A DNA stretch of 64,000 nucleotides, taken from positions 62,001-126,000 of the forward strand of contig JBLDXI010000042.1 in assembly GCA_047495785.1 (NCBI GenBank), given 5' to 3'. This document shows, in pieces, positions 12,813 through 24,788 of the stretch. Source of the DNA: Lepidodermella squamata. Its lineage: Eukaryota; Animalia; Gastrotricha. The notes under the pieces are model-generated. The model saw only the letters and a list, made by a program, of their open reading frames with translations, was not told the DNA's origin and made no database searches. Both the position numbers and the translations under genes were made by a program. The stretch's first letter is position 1, and the number at the start of each line of letters is the position of its first letter.

Positions 12813-14433
12813 ATGAATTTGATGCGAATAACATCTCATTTTATTCTTATACTATCTATCTTGCTTAACATTATACTATTGCTATCGTTTATTCGACGAC
12901 CGAGTAATCAACAATTCAAAACTCACTCAAAAAATGGCAGTAACTTCACGAATTTTACTACAACGGGAATTAAGTGGATCGACAAAATTATTCGAGAAAA
13001 CCCGGCAAATTCTCTTCGAGTATTCAGGCCCGATAATAGGACGGATTTCCAGCTAGGAGCGGATGAGAAATGTGGCCTTGTCCCTGGCAATCGAATAATT
13101 GTGACCTTTGGCTCGCATGGTCCTTACTTGACACGGGCCGAGATTTTGTGTTCCCTTGCTGTCGGAATTCGAGGAATCGACGCGTGTGTTGTGGCAAATT
13201 TGAATATTTTGGATGAGAGCTTCCGGTCTCGAAATCAGGAGAAAATACTGAGCTTAAAACGAGGGGCTGGCTATTGGCTGTGGAAGCCGTATGTAATTTT
13301 CAAGTTTTTGGTCGAATTACCCGAGGAAGATCAACTTTTGTATATGGATTCCGACAAAATGCTGGTTAACAATTTGGAAGAATACGTCTGTCTTCAGGTC
13401 AGTAAATTAATCGTGTAGTCAAACTTGTTTCTTATATCGGACTTCAAACCAAAATCGATATAAGTTTTTCAGGTTACCCTCTCTGGATCTTCAGAGGTTA
13501 GAACCTGGGTCCTTGGGTCCAGTGCGCGAGGTAGGATCCTCGAACTAGGGCGAACTATTTTCAGGCCCAAAGACCAAAGGCCCCCCCCCTGAGGTTTTTT
13601 TGAGTTTCTCCCTCTGGAACTGGGGTGTACGATACCCCTCATTCCACCGTACTTGGTGGCGCCCTGCTTGGGTTTCAATAGAATTTGTGTATTTGTGTAT
13701 TCCTGCTCTAATAACTGTGCGGAGTAAGGGAGGGTGAGGGGAAACAGGGGGTTCCTCGTGCACCCTCCTCAAGGGGTTCAGGCGAGAAAACCCGGAAAAC
13801 CACAGGGCGTACCCTTTGGTCAGATAAATTCGGGGTCGACAAAACCCAAGCGCAATCCCAATCCTAATCCATACACTAATCCATACACTAATCCATACAC
13901 TAATCCATACTACATTAATACATAATGTTCACTCGTTGATTTGCTCTGATTTTCAGGCGCAGTTGGGCCAGTCCGTTGTACTATTTTACCAACCATACGA
14001 CGAGAGCTCATGGACGAAAGCTGACGCGTATTTCCTGATGAACGTCGAAAATCTGCTGCCTAGAATAGCCGAAACAATGCAAGTCTACGGCGCGTATCTC
14101 ATGCTCCGAAAATCCCAGGAGTCTCTTCGATTCATCTCAGAATGGCTGACCTACGCCCAGGATGAACGGCTCATCGACGATCAGCCGAGCTCGCTACGCG
14201 AAGAACGACCCGGCTTCATCGAGCATCGCCATGATCAATCGATCCTCAGCCTGTTGTCGAAAAAGTGGAACCTAACAACATGGCCGAGTCCTGAATCGGC
14301 AAATTTCTCGGAAATCCTAGAAGATCGCGATTGGCTTGGGAATATTTGGACAAGCTTTAATCCGCTTGATGTTGAAAAGCTGAAACAGCTTAAAGTGAAC
14401 ATTCCGACGCGACAGCTCATCGAACAAGGATAG
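12813..14433 (+). CDS. Type II membrane glycosyltransferase-like protein, copy 2 (353 aa)
   Basis: Exons 12813-13397 and 13957-14433, phase-0 GT-AG intron. N-terminal hydrophobic anchor, RGAGYWLWKPY, YMDSD, WTKAD and EHRHDQSILSLL. Confidence 0.85.
13864..13911 (+). repeat. 12-bp intronic tandem repeat (CTAATCCATACA)x~4
   Basis: Read directly from the sequence. Confidence 0.8.
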
Positions 14434-15273
14434 GAACAAAATAGCAGAAATTGTTAAATTCTGATATATTATTACTATAGAATGATTAAATGAAATCGAC
14501 TTTGATAAAAAAAACATCACATGTTGCCAAAAAACTTCCTGGAATTTTCATTTATAATGTCTCGTCAAATGATCGAATGAATCAGTCGATGACCGTCACC
14601 CGCCGATCACAGAGCAAAATAATCAGGGTTCAGATTTGTGATTCATTGTTTCATTACGCTTTTGCAATAGGAAGACATAGCAAATTCATTACGAAATTAT
14701 TGAATTCAGAACCAGCGTAGAAAGTAGGATTTTTGCCGAGGGGGGATTGGGTTTTCCTTCCAAAAAAATTGCGCTCGCGAACGCTGCGCGTTCGCTCGCA
14801 TGTATCACTATATTTATTTCTTTTCATTTGCATTTTCTTATGTCATCCATCGTCTTTTCTTGCTTTCACAATTTCATAATTTTGCCATACACCCCCAACA
14901 TTCAAAAATAGAACCATCGATGAATTAAATATTCCCTATTTTATTTATGAAAAATGAGGTTTTTTGGGTTTTAAGGAATTCGATTTTTGATTTTTTTTAA
15001 CTAAATATCACAAATGTTCGAAAAATATAACTTGATTCTAGAAAAAAACTAGTGGATTTTCTCATAATTTGTTAACAATTTTGTCTTTATCATCGAATTG
15101 GCCATCGAATTCGAAGTGAAATTGATCGGAAATTGACCCAAATAATTCGAAATATAGCGGAAATTCATTCCATAATTGATTTCATGGTGCATGGTGCATT
15201 ATAGGTATGTATACATTTTCAATATAAGAGCGCTACGTCTCACAGTCGCTCGCGCTCAACATTTAAAATTATA

Positions 15274-15469
15274 ATATCGTTAGCGTCGTTGAATAACTCG
15301 GATTTAGGCTTGTTTGTATCCGTTTCAAGGTCACGGGTGACAAGTAAAGTGCGGCTTTTTTATCTTGAAAGAGGACAAAACAAAAGGTGCCTTTTTTACT
15401 TGTCACCTATCAAATCGAAATGGATGTAAACAAGCCTAAATCCGAGTTATTCAACGACGCTAACGATAT
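15274..15469. mobile_element. Palindromic MITE with ATAT/TA flanks
   Basis: Inverted arms atatcgttagcgtcgttgaataactcggatttaggcttgttt and its reverse complement. Confidence 0.8.
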
Positions 15470-15579
15470 AATGCGCGCTTCTACTAAACATAGTCGCATC
15501 GAAGTGCGCTCGAACCAGGCTTGCAGTTCGCAGTATTAGCGCGTGCGCATCTGCAACACAATGCGCTCACTGACCAATG

Positions 15580-17190
15580 GTGTGTTGGTACTTCCGCACG
15601 GCAAGATCCGCACGGTAAACATCCGCACACAAATTTTCCGCACTAGGTATTTGCGCGCAAGGTGTTTGCGCACACTGTTTATTCAAGAGATTAAGGTGAT
15701 CGTCCAAGAAATGAGACGCACGCCAAGAAACGTCGCATTTACACTAGACTACCCATAATTATCCAAGTTAATTGCTTTCACTGTTGCGCAATCATTTTCA
15801 CGAAAGGCTGAATGCGTTGTTTTATCCATTTTTGAAACAAATTCGAAAGATTTAGCTAAGGAGCGAGTCTGGTTCTTGGAGAAAAACCCCACAATTAGCT
15901 CGATTGAGGTCTATATGTGCTTAGTACCTTGCTTTTAGGTTGCTGTAAAAATTGTTCAAATATTTTGATAATTTTCCCCGAGGAAAAGGAGTGACAAATT
16001 TTTTTGAAAAAAATCAAAATCAAAACCGAAATTTGACACGTCTAAATTGCGGATGAAAATTCATGAAATTGTGTTCTTAGTGTCATATTTTAGGAAGAAT
16101 TGTCTCACATTAATATTAGGCAATTAATTAAAAAAATTGAGGCTCGGACTACAACACTCAAATACTTGGAATCGCTCGAGAATCATGAAAAATACCTCGA
16201 GCCTATCGACATTTTCAGATTTTTGAATTTGCTGAGGTATTTTCCGTACTGCAATATGGAAGGAGGAGAATTTTATAGATCACGTGCCAGCCAACGATGC
16301 GATTGCAAAGTTGATGAAATTGCGATTACTTGATAACGCGAAATGTGAGTTAAACCGCATTGGCAGTGACTTTTTAAAAATTGCTCACAAAAATAAAAAC
16401 AGCGCTCGTTTGAGTTGAAGTGAAAATGACGACGCAATAGCCAAAGTAATTAACATCGATAATTACGAAGTAGCTCGTGTAAATGCGACGAATATCAGTA
16501 TAGACTGACTGCTCACGAGAAAAGGGGTGTAACGCCATGGGCGCCAGATGGTCTGCTGATTCATCAATTTCTTGGAGGCCAAAAATCGAAAAATTCAAAA
16601 TTTCAATGATCTTGACCAAGTGGGGTATCTTGGCCGGGGCGTGGGGTAACTTGGCCGCATGGCTATTTCACTTGGGGATGAACCATCTGGCAGAAACTAG
16701 GGCGATGATTCATCACACCCTCTCATGTCTAGGCCAAATTTTAGTGCGCATTTCGCACGTTAAAAATCGGCCAAGTTACCCCACAAAATCAGGTAATTAC
16801 CGCTCGCGATTGCGACATCAGTTTTCCGATTTCAAGGTGTCATTTTAAAGATATCACCGATTGAAAGATATCACTTCGTCATCTTATAAACCGCAAATTT
16901 ATCTTCTTATCTTATAAAATCTTATAAAATAATAGCATCTTATAAAATTATGCTTCCGTATTGCAGGATCAAAGTCCACGTGGTCACGTGGTATGAATAG
17001 CTAGTTCTGAGGCGTTGTTTTTTTCGTTGCTTCGTCGTTTCGTCGTTTCGTCATCTTCGTCATCTTTTACAAAAAAAACTTACGAAACGAAAAAATGCGC
17101 GCAAATACCTAGTGCGGAAAATTTGTGTGCGGATGTTTACCGTGCGGATCTCGCCGTGCGGATCTCGCCGTGCGGAAGTACCACCAAATC
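15580..17190. mobile_element. Non-autonomous MULE-like element
   Basis: Inverted repeats of about 75 bp built from ccgcac-containing subrepeats (15587-15659 and 17096-17182), G...C termini, and a 9-bp direct repeat tgaccaatg at 15571-15579 and 17191-17199. Confidence 0.8.
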
Positions 17191-18661
17191 TGACCAATGA
17201 GCGCGCGCGCACATGCAACACGACGCGCAGCAGCCAATACGCGCGCACAACCATTATAAATACCTAAAAATGGGCCAATCAGCTCTCGAGATGGGTGCCA
17301 TCCCGGGTGCGCGCCAATGCTGAGACCAGGATGAAGGCGCATCCCCCCCGGGACGACGTTTCGTCCTCACCCAGCTAAGGACGGGGTCTTGCCGAGACCA
17401 GGATGATCCCCACCATCCCCCTACTTTCTACACTGTTCAGAACCCAATTATTCCAATCAGTTTCAAATCCCCAATTTTTAGACCCAGTCTCTAATCCTAA
17501 CTCTAACCCTAAACCACGCCCATTGTCCTCTAACCCTAACCAGCTAAAAAACCGAATAAAATGGTAAGGTAATTTGGGGATACGATGGAAAGTCTGAAGT
17601 CGTCTTACTTTTGTCTCACAAGTCACACCATTGGCGAAACATGAAAATGATTCATTTGACAAAATTAGTGTCAAACGATAGCTCTCGAATCATGCTATCA
17701 ACTGGCGTCGTCGTTGGTTTCTTATCAAACGTAACCTGGCGTCCATGATTGAATAAATGGAAATTTGCTGCGGCCAAAAGTGCCTTCCTTTTCCCTCAAA
17801 AAAAGAATGGTTATTCATTCATTACTGAACTTTGATCCACTGAACAACCATGGAGCAATATAATTTTCTGTCGTAACGTTGATTTATTGTTATAACCTCG
17901 CATCGCAACTAGTTGAACTTAACAATTTAAAATCGGAGGAATAGAGGAGATAATAATATCCTGCACCTCGAAATTCTACCCCATCTTATCTAAAAAGTCA
18001 GAGCGCAGGTTCAATTTTTTATAAAATCGAAAATCGGAATAAGCCCCCATTCGATAGCTTAGCTTTAAATCGACCACGTGGACCACGAATCTGATGCCAG
18101 GATTCACTGACAGCAAACATTTTCCAGTTTTTCCCAATGTTTTGCGAATAAACCAAAGGGCCCCTTGGTTTGTTTAGCATTCATTCAGTTGAGACCCCGA
18201 AGCTGGGATGTCGCGATATCCCAGCCCACCTGTGCTGTCGAAATGTCGTTCCATAATCAAGCTTCACTGTTCTTTGAACCCTATCGATATCCACGAGAAG
18301 ACTTGTCAGGCTTATTTCATGGTGTCTGGTGTCGTTTCAACTTCGACAGACCTGGGCGACGTGCTGTCGCCGTCCAAAAGATGCACTGAGTATTGTTTAT
18401 AGGATTGTTTATAGGATTCAGTGAGGTGCGGCCGCTCAGACATCGCCTATTTTCCAAAAGTTGTTGTTTCAGCCTCCGTTGGCTAGACGGTGTCTGATGT
18501 CTTGCCGCCATCACCCGTGATTTCTATCAAATGTATGTTCAGCTAGGTGACGATATTCGATATTGGATGAGTGCTCCAAGTGAAACACTCAACGTAACTT
18601 AGTTCATTCATTTCTCATCACACTTTGATAACAATTGGAATTATTTTCGGATACAAGTAAC

Positions 18662-18989
18662 ATGGCTAAGTTGGCTCTAATCATCGCAGTTTTCGTAAGA
18701 TTGAACAATTATCCTCTCATTTTGATATCACCATTTCCCCTAATAATAGGCTGCTCTAGCTGTTGTTCTCCTCGCGAAAAACAAAAAGCTAGGAGCAGCT
18801 TGCAGCAAGTACGGCAAAGGGCAGGGCCACTACGAGAAGGCTTCAAATGGCAAGTTGGTCTGCGTAAAGAACGATAAAGCGCGCGAATCCCAACCCGAAG
18901 CAGCTGCCCGTGAGGACTGCCTGCGTCATGGCAGGCCAGGCACGTGGCACGTGATCAACGGAGAGCGATGGTGCTTGGTTAAAGGTTAA
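18662..18989 (+). CDS. Small secreted two-loop Cys peptide precursor (90 aa, 2 exons)
   Basis: Exons 18662-18694 and 18750-18989: MAKLALIIAVF|AALAVVLLAKNKKLGAACSKYGKGQGHYEKASNGKLVCVKNDKARESQPEAAAREDCLRHGRPGTWHVINGERWCLVKG*. Confidence 0.85.
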
Positions 18990-20764
18990 CATATGAGCTA
19001 AAGACTAAGGCGAGATGGATGGGGCGAGGTGACTGCAGCAAAAAATGGCAAGCAGGGCTAGGTCACAGGCAAATCTTGATTTGGCGGCTAATATTTATCC
19101 TGTTTGCTTGTATCAATTCAATAAACAATCGATAGCGCGAATGTTGATTTTCGTTCATGATTTTATTTAGTATGCGACACCCCAGCTTCGGGGCTCCAAC
19201 CAGAGGAAGGGTGACGAAAAAACCACAGTGGGAACCCTTTGGTTTTTTCGGCTGGGTGTTGGAAAACAAGTAGAAAACACCTTAGCTCCCGGATCCTACT
19301 TTGCTCACTGTTCCCGCCCTGAAACTATCATAGCAGAATATGAGTGTGGGGAAAAGTCCAAAAACAAAAAAGTGGGACGAAATCGACTATGAAACACCTT
19401 AGTTATTCCAGGATCCCACTTCGCACACTAACCAAATAGATGAACTGATCGATTCACATTTTAAGAAACTGTCTATCAGAATTTGAAATGAATTAAAGTA
19501 GAGGGTGTAATTTGGCTTGGATGAATTGAATGACACCGCTTATGATCGAATCGAAACGACTGGCCTAAATTTATTGATTTTATAGAGAATTTATAATTTC
19601 AAAACTAGATCGAGCTGTTCATAGCGAAAGTGATTGAATATTTGGTCGTTTCAAGCCCAAGCCAGTGTTTTTTTAGCAGTTTAATAGTTTAAATTTCAAA
19701 CACCGAAAAGGGCAACATTTGGCCGAAATCGCAAGAAAAACGGTCTTCATCCGCCAAAATAACACTCCAAAACCGAAATTTTGAACACCAATTTGATCCC
19801 AATGACGTTGGGACACAAATGTCTCAGAGAGAAGCGAAACGAGACGACAAATGGCTAACGAAATTATTTATCTGATAAATCTAGAAGAATACACGCTCAC
19901 GTCCGCATGTCTGCGAGCGCAATTTTTGGAAAGCAAAACCCAATCCCAATCCTCTCCAAAAATCCTAAGGAACGCAAACGCCAATCCTATCCGACGCTCG
20001 AGGGCCGCTTGAGGCTATTCATAGACAAATAATAATAGACTGGACACTCTTGTCTCTGCAATACTGCCAAAATTATTCGAATTTGAAATTTTAACTTCCT
20101 CCTTGAGCACATTTTTAAGGACATTTACGAATTTTGGCCCTCACAATATCCTGGCGATTCAACGACGTTTTCATCGGCTGTAGACGAGCCGTGGCCATAA
20201 AAGGCAGTAGCTCACGCCGTATTTATCAACCATGTAAATAGTACTTAGATCTTGAGGGCGGTGTCAGATATTGAAAAACGGGTTTCAGAAATTTGAAATC
20301 AGCGTGAAAAACTGTAGTAAACCATGAAGTGAAGTTAAATTATTCGTAAACTACGGTTTTCACTTGTAGCGGCTCAAATAAATAAGCGTAATAAAAAAAA
20401 TTGCCTTCTCACAACGGCGTAACTAGGTCAACTAAACTAGGGGGCCAGCCCTGGGACCAGCACATAATATTCAGGTTTTTTCGGCCCCGAGATAAAAGGG
20501 TCCCCATGTGGTGAGCTTTTCCAGCTGGTGGGAACCGTGCCCCCTGGCCCCACGTAGTTACCCCCTGCCTTTCCACTTTTCTGTTACTCCTTTCCCAATC
20601 ACAAGTACTTATGTCTTCACATGATTTCGGATTTAAAAGAAAGCTCATAGAACTCTGCATCGGTACCATTAGTACCAATTTGGAATCCCAGATGGGGCAA
20701 ATTGCTATCTATGATTCTTTTGCACGACTGACGAAACATGAAATGTTTACTACCAGATTTATAA

Positions 20765-22239
20765 ATGAATTTGATGCGAATAACATCTTACTTTATTCTG
20801 ATACTATCCGTCTTGCTTAACATTATACTTTCGTTTATTCGACTGAGTCGTCAACAGTTTAAAATTTACCCAAAGAATGTCACAACAACAGGAATTACTT
20901 GGATCGACAAAATTATACGAGACAACCCGGTGAAATCTCTTCGAATATTCATCCCGGAAAATAGGACAAATTTTACCTTGGCAGCAGATGAAAAATGTGG
21001 CCTCGTTACTGGCAATCGAATCATTTTGACTTTTGGCTCGCATGATGCTTACCTGGAACGGGCCGAGGCTCATTGCTCTATGGCTGTCGGAATTCGAGGA
21101 ATCGATGCTTGTGTTGTGGCGAATTTGAATATTTTGGATGAGAGCTTCCGGTCTCGGAATCAGGAGAAAATTCTGAGCGCAAAACGAGGAGCTGGTTATT
21201 GGCTGTGGAAGCCGTATGTCATTTTCAAGTTTTTGGTCGAACTGCCCGAGGAAGATCAACTTTTGTACATGGATGCCGACAAAATACTAGTCAGAAATTT
21301 GGAAGAATTCGCCTGTCTTCAAGTAAGTAAAACGTAAATTTCTAGGAAATTTTCAATGGGCCTGGAACCAAATTTACGTTGAGCGGAACCCAATTTGCTG
21401 TAGGGGAATCACATTTTGTAATATTCTAGTGACCTGAAATCACTTTTAAGATATTACATGCGGGTAAAGATTTGTCAAAATAATTTTACAATCACGAGAA
21501 AATTCAGCGCGATATTCTATATAGGACAAAGTTATCACTTAAATTAAAGTTATAACTGTAAATTTGTTTCCGCTGAAAGATATTCCGATTTTCGATAGCT
21601 TAGAAGGCGAAATACAAAAGCAAGCCAATTTAGAAAAATATGCAAATTTTTGAAAATTCTGATAATTTTTTACATAATTTCTTCACCCAAATTGTTTTGT
21701 CTTGAATACATTTTCTGATTAACGATTTTTTTTCCATAAATTTTTTACAGGCTCAGTTGAGGCAGCCTGTTGTACTATTCTACCAAGAATACATTGAGCG
21801 ATTGTGGACAAAGGCTGACGCGTATTTCCTAATGAACGTCGAAAATCTACTGCCTAGAATCGCCGATACAATGCAAGTCTATGGCGCGTATCTCCTGCTT
21901 CGAGAATCGCAGGAGTCTCTTCGATTCGTCTCAGAATGGCTGACCTACGCCCAGGATGAACGGCTCATCGATGATCAGCCCAGCGTCACTCGGCAGGAAC
22001 TGCCCGGTTTCATCGCACATCGCCATGATCAATCCATCCTCAGCCTGTTGTCGAAAAAGTGGAACCTAACAACATGGCCGAGTCCTGAAGCGATTTATTT
22101 TGATGAAATTCCGCAAGATAAGGATAGAAACGGGGCTATTGTGACAAGCTACAACCCGCTTGATGTAGCGAAGTTGAAGACGTTAGGATTCACTGTTCCG
22201 ACCGAAGGACAGCTTATCCGACATGATAACAAACATTGA
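20765..22239 (+). CDS. Glycosyltransferase-like protein, copy 3 (348 aa)
   Basis: Exons 20765-21322 and 21751-22239. All motifs are intact (YMDAD, HRHDQS). Confidence 0.85.
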
Positions 22240-23304
22240 TCACAGCGTTGAACAATGGCAGACATTTTAGGATAAAAATTATGATTGCGATTTCTTTCAA
22301 AATCTTAACATATGGCGATCTTCTCATCAGGGTTGTGATGGAAAGAAAAATGCAAACTTTGAGTCTTGAAAACACTTTGAATGCGTGATCATGGCGGGCC
22401 CATTATTCTACCTCAGGTACCTCAGGCTAGCCATGTAAAATTTGGCTCTTATCGGGTCGTTTATTATTGCGTAACAAAATATGCAAATGTACACTATTCA
22501 TTCGATCACAACCCTGATGGTCAGATGTGATAAGAGCGAACGAAAATCGTTTCTATTTGTCCTCATTTGACATACAAATTTAATTTGAATGCAGAAAATA
22601 TTAGCAATAAAAATACATGTCAGAAAAGGCGCCGGCACAAAAAAAGACACGGGGTTGTCTACGACAGTTCGCGGAAGACACTAGTGGGGAAGCAGAAAGG
22701 AAGGTTTTTTTCAGAAGCTCAAGTTTTATCCATTGTGTGACCACTTATAAAAGTTCAATCCAATGCGTACGCTGATTGGTCAATCGATCGTTGCTATGAC
22801 TCCCGGATGAAACGTTTTGTCGTGCGATCCATAATATTTTTTTGCAACAAGTGTTTTTTGCGGCAGCAATTTACCACAATTATTATGGAGTTTACGCTCG
22901 TGGTCAATGGAAACCGTGCAGAGGGTGTGGCGAGGTCATTTTTTGCATAAATATAAAATAATTTATTAGTGGATCGCACGACGGAAACGTTTAATTCAAG
23001 GAATTCAGAGAATTCAAGGAATAAAGCAGGGTTCCGACTAGGTCCAGCTCCGAAGGGGGTAAATCGAGCATTTCGAGACCAAAATTTGCAAATCAACAGG
23101 GGACGGGGGGGCCTTACGTTTTTCAGAAATTTTCGAACTCCAGGGGGGTTTGCTTACCCCCCTTGTCCTCCGTACTCGGACCACTGGAATAAAGGGTAAA
23201 GGCCGGACTAAGTAAAGAAGGCAGGGACAGTAACGACGGAGTGCAAGAGCGAGCCCGACGCCAGGCGGTCATGGAGGACGACAACGGGTGACTTCATCGT
23301 CGTT

Positions 23305-24184
23305 CAGGGTATTCGGTTTAAACCCCAACCAGTATAAACCAGTTTAAACCGGTACCGGTTTATACCGGTTTTTTTTAGGGCCTGAAAAAACCGCGGTTTT
23401 TTCAAAAAGCGGTTTTTGGGGTGTTTTCACGCAAAAAAGCTCACATTTTCATAGATAACAGCAAGCCAGAAGTCGTCTAAGAGTCATTACGTCCCCCAAT
23501 ACCGCACAGCTGAAATACTTTAGAAAGACTACACTGTATCCCATAAAATCGATAGCTAAATTTTGAAAAATCGATCACTCGATCAGTTACCAATAATCGA
23601 TAATCGATAATCGATACCTGATGCGGGTGATTCGATGTCACCATCGTGTTCAGCGGCAAATTCTACCTAAGATACCAAATTTTCATGGCGATATCTATAA
23701 TAGTAAGGAAACTATCGCGAAATCAGTTTCACTTCCGGTAGGGTATAATTAGGCGGTTTTAGACCTTTCAAGTTGAAATTTTCAAATAAAATCGGCAAAA
23801 CCGCTTCCTTTGTCGTTGAAACCCCCCTTAGAAACCTTTCACGGCGGATCCGAATCCGTTTTCAGAATTTTACTAATCATCATACTTCCGGAGATACCTG
23901 CGTTTTTTAGTTTTTTTATTGTTTTATTGCACCAAGAAATTTTTTTTCTTCCAAGTGAGAAAAATGGCTGTGTGATATGTCACACTATGTAGTTTTTCAC
24001 GTAGAATCACGTGGTGCAGTCCAAATCTCTATAGGACCAAGTGCTAGCGAGCTCTGGCTATGTCAAATAAGACATTTCAGTGATTTTAGCATATGTAAAA
24101 AAACCGGTTTTTTTCACCGGTTTAAACCGGTTTATACCGGTGGGTGGTTTTTTCAACAAAAAAACCGGTCGGTATTATACCCTG
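23305..24184. mobile_element. hAT-type MITE
   Basis: Termini CAGGGTAT...ATACCCTG, 8-bp target duplication tcgtcgtt, and subterminal aaaccggttt repeats. Confidence 0.9.
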
Positions 24185-24788
24185 TCGTCGTTGGCGGACG
24201 TAAGCGGACGCCTTCGATTTGCTCGCGAAGTGGTAGCACATGTCTGCAGGCATTCTCGGCGTAGCGGACTTGAACTTGCGAGACAAACTCCGAACGGCTG
24301 GGCAAGCGACAGCGCCGTTCGAGATCGGTGATGCGAGCGCGGTCAGCCTGGCAAACTTCCTAAATCAATTAAGAATTGTCAAAAAAATGATCTCCATTCG
24401 AAGAGTGAACCTTGACGCGAATTCTCGAGAAACTTGTCTTTGTTTCGGCCGGTCGGAGTACCGTACTCCCAGTCTCGCTACTTCTCTCACTTTTAAGTCA
24501 AGTCAATAATTAAGCCCGGTTTTTAAGCATCTTGAAGTTGTAATCTGGCTAGGTTTTCATCTTCTTTTTACACCTCTCACAGAATATCGGCTCCGTGAAT
24601 AACTTGCCTTTGATCGAGTCGTTTGGTTTGTAGAAATTATGCTTACGTTTACGAATGTTAAGCATTTCGAGAATAAGGCAATCCCGTTTAGTTTGTCCCT
24701 TGCAAAAGGACAAACTAAATGGGATTGTCTTATTCTCGTTGAAATAAATGAGTCATGTTTCGCAAACATCAGATAATCAGATTTATTA

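Noticed and set aside
17490-17542. Interstitial telomere (TAACCC-like units)
   Set aside because: Only a few degenerate units are present, more likely part of a transposon-associated repeat.
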